Notes under the pieces: model-generated | Seen by the model: the letters and a program-made list of their open reading frames with translations, nothing else | Databases searched by the model: none | What the model was told of the DNA's origin: nothing | Part shown: positions 37,460-47,813 of the stretch, piece after piece | Layout: every line of letters begins with the position of its first letter | How positions within the stretch are numbered: the first letter of the stretch is position 1 | Made by a program: the position numbers and the translations under genes | NCBI GenBank assembly: GCA_021734025.1 | Contig: JAIPJS010000005.1 | Location: 2,112-66,111 of the forward strand | Length of the DNA: 64,000 nucleotides | Direction: 5' to 3' | Source of the DNA: Fidelibacterota bacterium | GTDB lineage: Bacteria; Fidelibacterota; JAANXI01

Positions 37460-38092
37460 AACGCGGTTAAGATAGTATATGCCGGGGTTGGTTCAAAAGG
37501 TAAAAAACCGTGAGATGTGAGACGTGAGATGTGAAACGAAAATCAGTCAGCAGTAGGCAAAAATACACAACCGGGGGAATGACAGGCGGCTTCAGGAATT
37601 CGTGATAATTATTGGAAAAAAGGAATAGGGATTACGGAATAAGGAAAAAAGAACGCCCCTTTGGGGCTGGATGAAAAACCATGCGTACCCATCAATGGGC
37701 ACATTCGTCAATTGCATAAGACAAATGACCCTTTCAGGGCCATTCGACCTCTGAAAAGGTCTTTATGTAACATTTTCAATCGTTCGTATGAATACTACCG
37801 TCACCGACGCTGTTAGCGATCGGCGACGGGATCATTTTTTTCCGAATTCCATATTTTACGTTGAATTCCAACAAATATGTCAACCCCGTGGGAGTCAGAC
37901 TAGAGAGCTCGGGAAAATTTTGCATGCATTTTTTTATCTCCCACGTAATTCGTGTATAGTCACGGATAGGTTTTTCAGTTGTTATCTGTGTAATCAACTG
38001 ACAGTTATTTCTTCGTGTCTTTGAGCCTTCGCGGCAAATTTTTTCGGTTTTCTTTGGCTCTTTTTTCTTAGCTCTTGGTTCTTTCGGTTTAG

Positions 38093-39505
38093 TTAAAAAC
38101 GAATTTCTGCCTGAATCATGGAAAGAAACGCTGTGCGGTTGTTTTCGTCCCGAACCGGCACGACAGAAAAAGAGGGAATCACATCAAATGATTTCCGGGA
38201 TTCAAGAGTAGAGTAGGTGCCATCTCTGCTGACATCCAGGATGGAGCGCGTCAGAAAGAAACCGCCGGCGCCACCGGCCATAACCATTGCAGAGATAACC
38301 TTTCCGTCGTTGATAGAAGTCAAAGCGGCGGTACCAAGGCTGAACGCCATACCGGAACCTGTACCCAGTGCCATAAGTACCGCCTCTCCAAACTGGTAAT
38401 CATCTTTGGAAATGTACCGATCCATCAGAAAGGCACCACCCAAACTTCCGACTGTTCTCATTGTCAGGCTAAGCGAGGACTCCAAATCGATATCTGCAAT
38501 CTCCGAAAGTAACCCTGCGTACATCAGGCCAAGCAACCGTCCCTCGTAGAGCATAAGGGCGTCACCGAACGTATAATTCCGGTCGCCGAAGTACCGGTGT
38601 CCCAGGTAAATACCCAGTGGATAGCCGGCCATCTCCATGAGTGCATCGGTGCGTTTCCATTCCTGATATTTTTGAAGAGCCTGATTATACTCTTGCTCAT
38701 GAAAAATGTATTGGCCTGACCAGGGGTTATATTCTTCATATTCCCATTGCTCTGGTTTGTCTTCTGTGCCGGCCGAAATACGGTGCAGGTTCCTTGAAGC
38801 ATAGCCTCCTAATTCGCCCCACAGACTGAGTGCCCAGGAGTGGCCATGACTCGGCTTCCACTGTTTATACAGGTAATCTCCAGCCCATATCCCAGCCGGA
38901 ACAGAAGCCATTAACGACACAGCCCAGCCCTTGGAACTGTTGGTAAAAAGGTCAACTTCGGAAGGCCATAATTCGAAGACATCATTGACTAAATAGCCAT
39001 ATCGTAGTCCCAGCACCGATCCGCCTCGCATCATCTGGGCACGGCTGTACGGTATGTTCATATTTTTTGTGTACTGGTAGGTCAAATAAAATGCACCGCC
39101 GATTGAAAGCATTTCCGTCCCGACATACCACTTGGGATTCTCGGCATCCAGGACAAACGGAATCGTCCAGCCGTACAATCCGCTGCCGATAGCAATATTT
39201 TGGAGGACGACCGGCCAGCGGCCGGACTGGTCTAACCGGTCAGGTTGATTTCGGATGATGTCGTTTTCGAGCCGGGTAACCAGATTGTCCGGTAGATGAA
39301 GAGAGGACTGGAGAGTCCGCAGCAGATACCGCTCATTCTCATCGATGGATCCGTCACGGAAAGCGGAACGCAACAGATTTTCGTAAATTCCTTGCGGATT
39401 CAGGGAATCGGAGGGTATAGTATCTGCGGCAGTGGTTTGACCCGTTGCCGTGACTGTAAGGCAGCACAGCACCAGTATTACTGGAAACGCATAGAGGTAT
39501 TTCAT
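38093..39505 (-). CDS. hypothetical exported protein
   Basis: Signal peptide MKYLYAFPVILVLCCLTVTATGQ. 470 aa rich in G/A/M, possibly an outer-membrane protein. Confidence 0.5.
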   Translation of the reverse strand: MKYLYAFPVILVLCCLTVTATGQTTAADTIPSDSLNPQGIYENLLRSAFRDGSIDENERYLLRTLQSSLHLPDNLVTRLENDIIRNQPDRLDQSGRWPVVLQNIAIGSGLYGWTIPFVLDAENPKWYVGTEMLSIGGAFYLTYQYTKNMNIPYSRAQMMRGGSVLGLRYGYLVNDVFELWPSEVDLFTNSSKGWAVSLMASVPAGIWAGDYLYKQWKPSHGHSWALSLWGELGGYASRNLHRISAGTEDKPEQWEYEEYNPWSGQYIFHEQEYNQALQKYQEWKRTDALMEMAGYPLGIYLGHRYFGDRNYTFGDALMLYEGRLLGLMYAGLLSEIADIDLESSLSLTMRTVGSLGGAFLMDRYISKDDYQFGEAVLMALGTGSGMAFSLGTAALTSINDGKVISAMVMAGGAGGFFLTRSILDVSRDGTYSTLESRKSFDVIPSFSVVPVRDENNRTAFLSMIQAEIRF

Positions 39506-40333
39506 GGTTGGAACTCCGGTGTTATTGGTAATCGAAATATATCTGTGGATTGCGGTTCACGCAATATGAATAGTGATAAACAACAAAAAGACGGAAGTCA
39601 CTAATAGGCAAAAAGTAACGAAGATATGGGAGAATGACAGCCGACGGAGACGCCATTGTACGAACAAGCGGACGTCTCCAGGCATTCGTGATGATATCGG
39701 ATATGTGGAATTGGGAATAGGGAGAATCGTGATGCAAAAAATATACAGCAATCGTGAAAAGGGGATAGTTAATATGGGTTGGCGCGTCCTTTAAAAGTCG
39801 TGAACAGGAATTAATGAACCGTAAAAAAGCAAGAGGGGTGTACACCAATTTAATATCAAATAAATGAAAACCGATAATTGAGCCCCGAAGGGGCGGTCGC
39901 AATTAGCCCACCAATTAATTGGTGGGATCCGGGTATTCCCCCAAACAATCAAGTACGGTGAGGCGCGAGGGACGACCTGGTGTGGGTTGTCGAAGCTACC
40001 GCGGCCTCATCAGCAGGCACGCTGTTTCGCATCAAGACGTATGAAAAACAGAATATCGGAGAGGGGCATCTGCCGTTCCTCCTTGGGTACGTCCAGGGGC
40101 AATGTATGTATGCGATTTATCATGTCCTGAAATCCAGCGCGCCTCGCCCAGTCCCTCAGGAATACAAGGGTTGGCGGTAGTACTGTGGTGTTTTCAGATA
40201 CTTTAAATATTTCTGCCTTACGGTGGTTCATTCCGTAATTCGTGTTCATTCCTGTCTCTTCGTGGACAATATTTTTTCACGTCCTTGAGACTTCGTGGTA
40301 AACTCTATCGGTTTTCTTTGGTTCTTGGTTCTT

Positions 40334-40831
40334 CTACAGGTCGTACAACTCCGGATCGCGCCTCAGCGGCCGCACCTTCGGCTGGATGCCTTTCTTCCCC
40401 TTGAACTCGAACGGCATCTCATCCTCGTCGAACATGTCGCCCATCTCCTCTTCAATTTTATCGGGATCCTCGCCGGCTTCAAGGCGGCCGAGAGCCTCTT
40501 CCATCTGCTCGTTGTATTTGAGGCCTGTTTTATCGGCGAATTTCCGCATGAACTGCGCCATAGAGCGGGGATCGTCTTCGTTCATATTCTCTGCCTCCGA
40601 GGCCAGGGACATCATCGCCTCCTCCATCTTGGATTCGTCGATGGGCAGATCCCCGAACTCGTCGTCGCCCTCACCGGCGCCGCCGGAAATTATGGCGGAT
40701 TTGGAGACCATGCGCTTCAGTTCCTCCCGGTCGCACTTGGGGCAGCCGGGGATTTTATCAGTATTAATTCGCTGGGACCAGAAGCTGTAAACCGTGTGAC
40801 AGTCCGGGCAGTAGAATTCGTAAACGGGCAT
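40334..40831 (-). CDS. FmdB-family zinc-ribbon protein
   Basis: MPVYEFYCPDCHTVYSF...PGCPKCD is the CxxC-x-CxxC FmdB signature. It has an acidic C-terminal tail. Confidence 0.65.
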   Translation of the reverse strand: MPVYEFYCPDCHTVYSFWSQRINTDKIPGCPKCDREELKRMVSKSAIISGGAGEGDDEFGDLPIDESKMEEAMMSLASEAENMNEDDPRSMAQFMRKFADKTGLKYNEQMEEALGRLEAGEDPDKIEEEMGDMFDEDEMPFEFKGKKGIQPKVRPLRRDPELYDL

Positions 40832-40959
40832 GTTATGTGACCTCCGTGATTTTCATTTTGGTGCTCCGAAAATTTGTGGTAAAAAATACCGAGATTTTTC
40901 CTGTAGGGCAAACTGCAAACTACATGAAATTGATTTCAAAACAGCATCTATTTTTTGGT

Positions 40960-41745
40960 ACTTTTGGCCAGCCCCAAAAGTACCAAAAAAGGCCTGCCTC
41001 CAAGAGATCCTTACGGGAGAAACTCAGAACTCGCACTGCTCTTTTGATGGATGGTCTTTCATAATACTATTTGGAACTCGAATTTGATATATCGCCATCA
41101 ATTTGGGTGCTCAAACACTGAGTTTCCGGGTTAAATGCAAAGAACCCGGTACCCAGCGGCCTTGCTATTCATTTTGGGCACCGCTTCAACGAGTGGAGGC
41201 AAACAGAACCAGACTGTCCGAGTCCGGCGGCAGCCGGACGAGTTTCTGGTTCTGTTCCGGAACGAGTTGCTAAGCGGTCAAAATGGATAGCACCGCCTTG
41301 ATTTTTTTACATCCTTTTGTATCAAGACAAAAGGATGAAAGAACAAAGCTGTTGTTCACTCATCATGCAAGCCTCAAAGATATTCCCACGGGAGAAACTC
41401 AGAACTCTCCCGTACATCTTTATGACAAGCTATTCACCACCAAGGCAATCTCGTCTTTTGTAAATATATAGGAAATACCAGGTTCCTTACACAAGAGTGA
41501 GTAATAATTCTACTTACATTGCCCGTTTTTTCTTGATAAAAAAACGGGCAGAAAAAATCAAGGAAGCTCAGAACTCGCACCCGTATGTCGAAAATTGGTC
41601 TTTCACAAATACCTTGTAATATTAGTAAATAATAATTGTTTTCTGTCGGGGTGCTCAAACACTGAGTTTCCGGGTGAAACAAAAACACCGCTTGTATATG
41701 GCCTTGCAATTAATTTTTAGGCCCTTTTAGCGTGCAAATGTTCCA
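40960..41745. repeat. modular structured repeat, locus D (mostly reverse-complement orientation plus one forward hairpin unit)
   Basis: 41105-41340 gggtgctcaaacactgagtttccggg...ggccttgctattcattttgggcaccgcttcaacgag...cagaaccagactgtccgagtccggcggcagccggacgagtttctggttctg...caccgccttgattttttt...ccttttgtatcaagacaaaagg is the reverse complement of the locus A-C modules. A forward hairpin lies at 41520-41575 (cccgtttttttcttgataaaaaaacggg..aaaaaatcaagg). gggtgctcaaacactgagtttccgggtg recurs at 41650. Confidence 0.7.
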
Positions 41746-41807
41746 CACAAGCGCATCAAGGCAAAAGGGCACTTACATAAAAAAATCACAAAGGTGAAGT
41801 CAAAGCA

Positions 41808-44291
41808 TCAAAGATAACAGCTTTTATTCCAAAAGATAGACGCCACCACCACAATCCCATAACACCCCAGCGCAATCCCCATCGTCACCGTAAACCCGAA
41901 CTCCATGGATAGCATCACACCCAGCGGCGCGGCCACCACCGAGGCAAATCCGTTGATCCCCCACGCCCAGGGAATAAGCGGTTCGCTCCGGTTTTCCAGG
42001 ATTTCGATGCCGGCGGGAAAGAACCATCCCATGCAGAAGGCCAGCGGAAACAGGGCGATAAACGTCACAAGGAAGCGGACTGCGGTTCCGAATCCGATAA
42101 ATAGGTTCAGGAAGGAATCCAGTCCCAGCAGATAGAGTCCTGCGATGGCAAGTAAACCAATCCCGGCGGCCTGGATTCGCCTGGCGGCCGGCATGTTGAT
42201 ACGTCGCTGGGATGCACTTCCCAAACCTGCGAATACCAGGATAGCGGTGAGCGCCGCCGCTACACTATAAATCGGATCGCCCATAAACTTGGTGAACCGC
42301 TGAATATAGACCATCTCCAGGAACATAAAGCCGAATCCGATGCCGGCGAAGTGAAGGAGCGTCCAGCCGGACGTTCGGTTCAGTGGCAGCGACCGGTTCC
42401 GGAAGAAGAGCGGCAGCAGGATGAGCACAAACGCGATGAGGGAAACCTCGATGAGTGTAATAACCAGCACCGCGTACCCAAGCTCCAGTCGCTGGAGCCA
42501 CTGTCTGCCGTAGGTTTCCATAAATTGATCCACAGAACTCCACTTAAAGAAGTTGAAAAAGTACGGCTGCTCGTCGGTGGCGGGACGCACGTTATACGCC
42601 CAATTCTGATAAAATTGTTTGGCATTTCCGGCGATTATCCGTCCGGCAGCGTGATGCAGATAAGAATACGACTCGCCTTCCGGCCCCGCTATTTTGTTTC
42701 GCTGCTCCAGCGCCGCTCCGGAGATCCCGGGAAACCAGCCCGCATCCATGATCAGCGAATCGCAGACCGCGCGGAATGCGGTGATCTGCTCCGTTGAAAT
42801 TCGCGACTTTGCCAGAATCGTATTCGCCGCCAGGTAATTTCGGCTCTGCAGCATATGATATTCCGGACTTTCGACTCCGGATGACTCCAGAGATTCGTAA
42901 AACGTGGCAAAGATCTTGATATTATCCCTGGGCGGTGACTGGATTCCTCGTGTGATGCTTAGGAGTCCGTCCGGTGTTAATCGCTTAATACACTGCGCAA
43001 TACCCTCAACCGTCAACAGGTAATTCTCGTGTAGCGACTGCAATCCACTCACACCAGCGGACATTCCCTCCACACCCGCAATCTGGATGATGTCGTACTG
43101 TTCCTCGGTCTGCTCCAGAAACAGCCTTGGATCCTCGTTGATTACCGTGACGTTCCCCTTCAGATATATCCGCCCCGACTCCCCTGCGAATTCATTTTTC
43201 ATTAAATTCGTCAACTGCGGATTGGTCTGTACTACCGTGATCGATTCGGCGCCGAACCGCCGCGCAAGCCAGGCGTTCGTCCCGCCAACTTCACCAAGGA
43301 GCAGTACCTTCGGATTTTCCGTCAATCGATACGGAACCGATTGGGGCGTGTAATCCAGGATTGCAGTTTCATCCAGACTATCGACGGTAAAAATGGTGCC
43401 GGCCATTCCTCCGTCCATGAGCAGGGAGAACTGGGCAGGAGGCATTGCCTGAGATTGGAGTCCGGCGAACAACGTCTGATGCACCCTTTCCGATTGATAC
43501 ACATCAATCCGCGCCCGTGGACCGGGCTCCTGAATCAGAGGGGTTGCATCTCCCTGCGCTTCCAATCTTTGGAAATTCGCCAGCGCTTTGTACTGGTCGA
43601 CCGTCTCCAATGGATGGAGAAACACCGAAATCCCGGTAACGATAATCCCGGCTCCGAGGAGGAAGAATGTGAACGGTTTCCGCTCCCCGAAAAAGCTTAC
43701 CGGACTTGAGAATATCAAGCATAGCAAACCAATCAGAACGGTGAGCGCAAGTTTCAGGGGCAGGGCAATCGCCGGGATAAAAAACATAGCCAAAACCGCC
43801 AACATACCGCCGATTCCGCTTCCCAGGAGATCTGCTGCGTACAGCGTGGAAACTTCTTTGCGAAAATAGGAGATTGCCGCGCCAACAATTACCGCGCCGA
43901 AGAAAAACGGCAGGAGTATCAGCAGGTTGTAGAGCAGCATCAACAGTTGCTGGCGGGCGCTGAACAGGACATATCGTGTGTCAATGGGTAACGACTGAGC
44001 GGCGAGATAGCTCACTGGAATTGAGATCAGGAAGACCAAGTAGAAAAGCGGAACCCAAAACGCAAACCGGGATTTCATTCGCTCATAGAAAAACGCGAGA
44101 AATGTCCCGCTCACGCCAAAACCCAGCAATGCCGTGCTGATCACCAGATACGAGAAGTGGTGATACCGCACCACGGAAAGCGCCCGCATGAGAAAGAGCT
44201 GAAGTCCCACCAGCGTCACAGACACGAGGAAGATGGAGAGGAGTGTATATCGGTTGAACTGAAATGACCTTCTTTTATCGGCAGAATTCAT
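41808..44291 (-). CDS. fused polytopic membrane domain / spermidine-synthase-like (class I MTase fold) protein
   Basis: 827 aa. It has N- and C-terminal multi-TM regions. The central region contains LLLGEVGGTNAWLARRF...DIIQIAG, typical of the spermine/spermidine synthase family. Confidence 0.6.
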   Translation of the reverse strand: MNSADKRRSFQFNRYTLLSIFLVSVTLVGLQLFLMRALSVVRYHHFSYLVISTALLGFGVSGTFLAFFYERMKSRFAFWVPLFYLVFLISIPVSYLAAQSLPIDTRYVLFSARQQLLMLLYNLLILLPFFFGAVIVGAAISYFRKEVSTLYAADLLGSGIGGMLAVLAMFFIPAIALPLKLALTVLIGLLCLIFSSPVSFFGERKPFTFFLLGAGIIVTGISVFLHPLETVDQYKALANFQRLEAQGDATPLIQEPGPRARIDVYQSERVHQTLFAGLQSQAMPPAQFSLLMDGGMAGTIFTVDSLDETAILDYTPQSVPYRLTENPKVLLLGEVGGTNAWLARRFGAESITVVQTNPQLTNLMKNEFAGESGRIYLKGNVTVINEDPRLFLEQTEEQYDIIQIAGVEGMSAGVSGLQSLHENYLLTVEGIAQCIKRLTPDGLLSITRGIQSPPRDNIKIFATFYESLESSGVESPEYHMLQSRNYLAANTILAKSRISTEQITAFRAVCDSLIMDAGWFPGISGAALEQRNKIAGPEGESYSYLHHAAGRIIAGNAKQFYQNWAYNVRPATDEQPYFFNFFKWSSVDQFMETYGRQWLQRLELGYAVLVITLIEVSLIAFVLILLPLFFRNRSLPLNRTSGWTLLHFAGIGFGFMFLEMVYIQRFTKFMGDPIYSVAAALTAILVFAGLGSASQRRINMPAARRIQAAGIGLLAIAGLYLLGLDSFLNLFIGFGTAVRFLVTFIALFPLAFCMGWFFPAGIEILENRSEPLIPWAWGINGFASVVAAPLGVMLSMEFGFTVTMGIALGCYGIVVVASIFWNKSCYL

Positions 44292-44397
44292 CCGGATTAA
44301 GAGTAAGAGTATAATTAGGATTAAGAGACCCCGTGAAAATTAGGGCATTACCCATTATACCTTATACCCTATATCATATTTTCCTTCCTGTCTGAAA

Positions 44398-44460
44398 TCC
44401 GCGGTTATCCGTTGTTTCTGCGATCCCCGATTTGTCGGGGACAGCGTGCTATTCGTTTTC
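44398..44460 (-). ncRNA. conserved 3' UTR element with covarying hairpin (copy 2, overlapping pcm stop)
   Basis: See the 36318-36378 feature. It has identical flanks and a different but still self-complementary stem. Confidence 0.4.
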
Positions 44461-45207
44461 CAGCGCCTCCCCCGTCATCGGGACGAACCGCACCGGCATC
44501 AGGCTTTCAGTGCGCATCTTTCCGTCCTCGCCCGTGGTGACCTTCATCAGGGTCTGAGTCACGTACGGGCTGCCCACCGGAATGACCATGACGCCATCCG
44601 CCTTCAGCTGCTTCAGTAGTGGCGGTGGGACGTGTCCGGCAGCTGCGGTCACGATGATAGCGTCGAACGGGGCAGGTTCCTCCCAGCCATAATAGCCGTC
44701 GGCAATTTTTACATGGATGGAGTCGTAGCCGAGTTTGTCGTATCGTTCTTTCGATTGTTGTCCCAGCGCTTCAATGATTTCGATGGTGTATACGTGTGGC
44801 GTGATCTCCGAGAGCACCGCGGACTGATATCCGCTTCCGGTTCCAATTTCCAGCACCTTCTCGTCGGGAGAGAGGTTCAGTATTTCCGTCATGTACGCCA
44901 CGATATACGGCTGAGAAATAGTCTGTCCGTGTCCGATGGGCAGCGGCCGATCCCGGTAGGCATTTGATCGCTGACTCTTTGGAACAAACAGGTGTCTGGG
45001 CACATGGCGCATCGCGTCAAGAACGGCTTTGGAGTTCACACCTCTGGCGGCGATTTGATTTGCTACCATCTTATGACGCTCACTTTGGCGCTCGTCAAAA
45101 CGTGGAGGGGACCAATCTGGCGTATCCGGTGGAACAGCTCCCGACATCTCTGGGAGGAAAACCACTGCAATGAATAAACTGAATACCAATGATAAAAATC
45201 TTCTCAT
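44449..45207 (-). CDS. pcm: protein-L-isoaspartate O-methyltransferase (with signal peptide)
   Basis: VLEIGTGSGYQSAVLSEI (motif I), DAIIVTAAA, and the PCMT family spacing. Confidence 0.8.
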   Translation of the reverse strand: MRRFLSLVFSLFIAVVFLPEMSGAVPPDTPDWSPPRFDERQSERHKMVANQIAARGVNSKAVLDAMRHVPRHLFVPKSQRSNAYRDRPLPIGHGQTISQPYIVAYMTEILNLSPDEKVLEIGTGSGYQSAVLSEITPHVYTIEIIEALGQQSKERYDKLGYDSIHVKIADGYYGWEEPAPFDAIIVTAAAGHVPPPLLKQLKADGVMVIPVGSPYVTQTLMKVTTGEDGKMRTESLMPVRFVPMTGEALENE

Positions 45208-45299
45208 GATTTCACCTCATCCGGTGACGGGTGAACAGAGTGAACATCTCTTATGGTTAAAGTATCAGGTGGGATGGTGAGGTACAACAGGAGATGCGG

Positions 45300-46515
45300 G
45301 TTTTTCTTTAATTTGGCAGCCTGATTTTTTTCATCTTTTAGTGTGCACACGCTTCCGCCGGTGCGTAGCGGGTTTGTAGAAATGCATTAAAATAATTAGC
45401 CTGAATTATTCATAAACTCGTGGACTTGTGATAAAAAATATCGCGCTTAGTTGTTCAGAATCAACGATTTGTAGAGACACGCCATGGCGTGTCTCTACCC
45501 ACGAATATTTTGGCAGCGGAGTACTGCCCATTCATACCATACATCCGGTCAGTACTTCAATGCACAATTCCGAAGATCTTTTTATGAATAATACAGGTTA
45601 GAAAAGAATAATCGCACTATTGAATACCCGTTTTTTCTTGATATCCCATAGGGATCCCTTCCGGGGAAAAACGGGTAGCCTCGTAGAGATCCCTACTGGA
45701 GAAACTCAGAACTCGCACTTGTTATATCAATGATGTCCTTTCATAAGAATATTTGGAATTCATGTTTGGCTTATCGCCCTCAACTCGGGTGCTCAGACAC
45801 TGAGTTTCCGTTTTAAAAGCAAAGAGTCCGGTTCCCAACGGCCTCGCTATTTATTTTGGGCACCGTTGCGATGAGTGACGGATAGCCAGAACCGGCTGTC
45901 TGAAGGAGCGCAGCGACTGAGTTCCGGTTCTGGCCCGGAGCGAATTGTGAAACGGTCAAAATGGATAGCACCGCCTTAATTTTTTACATCCTTTAGTGTC
46001 CAGGTATTAATGTCCAAGTATTCCATACAAGCCCGCACAAGCGTATCAAGACAAAATGAAAGAAAATTAAATCTGTGCCTCACTTAATATTGAGTGACGC
46101 TCCACGGCAAGGTGGCCTCAACCTGATCTCAGCGAAAAAAATAAGAACACTGGTTGAATGTCCCCTTTTTCCTTGATGAAAAAGGGGACAGAAAAAATCA
46201 AGAAAACTTCGAGCTCACGCCTCCGTAATTAATGGCTTTCCCATTTATGATGACGGTGATCAAAATCAATGCTCAGGTAGATATTTCTAGGGGCGTTCAG
46301 ACAGCGAAGTTTTCGAAAACGTCAAAGCAGTTTATTATTGGCCTTGCTATTCATTTTGGGTACCGCTTCGACGAGTAGAGGCAAACAGAACCAGACTGTC
46401 TGAGTCCGGCGGCAGCCGGACGAGTTTCTGGTTCTGTTCCGGAACGAGTCGCTAAGCGGTCAAAATGGAAAGCACCGCCTTGATTTTTTCACCTGTTTTG
46501 TATCAACACAAAACT
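45300..46515. repeat. modular structured repeat, locus E (1.2 kb non-coding; several units, both orientations)
   Basis: 45305-45345 is a ggcagcctgattttttt fragment. 45625-45680 is a forward CTTGAT-type hairpin with an insertion. 45780-45995 is a reverse unit. 46155-46200 is a forward hairpin (gtcccctttttccttgatgaaaaaggggac..aaaaaatcaag). 46290-46510 is a reverse unit nearly identical to 41165-41340. Confidence 0.7.
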
Positions 46516-46527
46516 GGAAAGAAAAAA

Positions 46528-47811
46528 TCAGCCAATCGCCTCAAGCGCCTTCCGGTGCGCTTCCAGCGTCCGGTCGATATCTGCCTCTGTGTGTGCCAGA
46601 GAGACAAATCCGGCCTCGAACGGCGACGGCGCGATGTAGATGCCGCTGTTCATCATCTCCACGAAGTATGTATTGAACTTGTCCCGGTCCGCGTTGCTGG
46701 CATCCTCGAAGTTTTCCACCGGATTGTCACTGAAATACTGGCAGAACATAGAGCCGACCCGATTGATTGTTGCCGGTACGCCGGTCTCTTCCAGGTTTTC
46801 AAGCATCCCCATTTCCAGACGATTGGAGATCTCTTCGAGGCCTTCGTATACCATTTCGCTCTGGATGAGTTGGAGCGTTTTAAGTCCCGCAGCCATGGCC
46901 ACCGGATTACCGGAGAGCGTTCCCGCCTGATACACCGGGCCAGTTGGTGATACGTGCTCCATAATCTCCTGTTTGCCGCCGTAAGCGCCCACCGGCATCC
47001 CGCCACCGATGATTTTACCGAGTGTCGTGAGATCCGGCATCACGCCGTAACGGGCCTGGGCGCCACCGAGTGCAACCCGGAACCCGGTCATGACCTCATC
47101 AAAAATGAGCACGATGTCATTGTTATCACAGAAGGAACGAAGCCCTTCCAGGAATCCGGTCTTTGGCGGAATCGTTCCCATGTTACCGGCCACCGGCTCC
47201 ACGATAATCGCGGCGAAGGCGTCTCCGCCATGATCCCGCAGGAGCGCCTGCACCGAATCGAGGTCATTGAACTGGGCAATGTGCGTATCTTTGGCAGTAC
47301 CTTTCGTAACTCCCGGTGAATTCGGCTGTCCGTGCGTCAACGCGCCGGAGCCGGCCTTGATGAGAAAACTGTCTCCATGACCGTGATAGCAGCCCTCGAA
47401 TTTGATAATTTTATCCCGGCCGGTATAGCCGCGCGCCAGCCGAATAGCACTCATCGTCGCTTCGGTCCCGGAGTTGACCATCCGGACTTTCTCAATCGAT
47501 GGGACTATTTTAATAATTTCTTTGGCGAGTTTCGTTTCCAGGGCAGTTGGTGCCCCGAAACTCAGGCCATTATCCATCACGATTTTTACGTATTCCATCA
47601 CCTCGCGATCGGCGTGGCCCAGGATCATTGGTCCCCAGGAACCAACGTAATCCACGTATTCATTCCCGTCTTCATCCCAGAGAAGTGAACCGCGTCCGGA
47701 TTTGATAAAGGGTGGATCCATCGGCACCGAGCCGAACGCTCGCACCGGGGAATTCACACCGCCTGGAATCGACTTTTTCGCCTGCTCGAATAGTTGTGCG
47801 TTTCGTGACAT
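46528..47811 (-). CDS. hemL: glutamate-1-semialdehyde 2,1-aminomutase
   Basis: Full-length class III aminotransferase with the HemL-specific N-terminus MSRNAQLFEQAKKSIPGGVNSPVRAF and the PLP lysine region. Confidence 0.9.
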   Translation of the reverse strand: MSRNAQLFEQAKKSIPGGVNSPVRAFGSVPMDPPFIKSGRGSLLWDEDGNEYVDYVGSWGPMILGHADREVMEYVKIVMDNGLSFGAPTALETKLAKEIIKIVPSIEKVRMVNSGTEATMSAIRLARGYTGRDKIIKFEGCYHGHGDSFLIKAGSGALTHGQPNSPGVTKGTAKDTHIAQFNDLDSVQALLRDHGGDAFAAIIVEPVAGNMGTIPPKTGFLEGLRSFCDNNDIVLIFDEVMTGFRVALGGAQARYGVMPDLTTLGKIIGGGMPVGAYGGKQEIMEHVSPTGPVYQAGTLSGNPVAMAAGLKTLQLIQSEMVYEGLEEISNRLEMGMLENLEETGVPATINRVGSMFCQYFSDNPVENFEDASNADRDKFNTYFVEMMNSGIYIAPSPFEAGFVSLAHTEADIDRTLEAHRKALEAIG

Positions 47812-47813
47812 AT

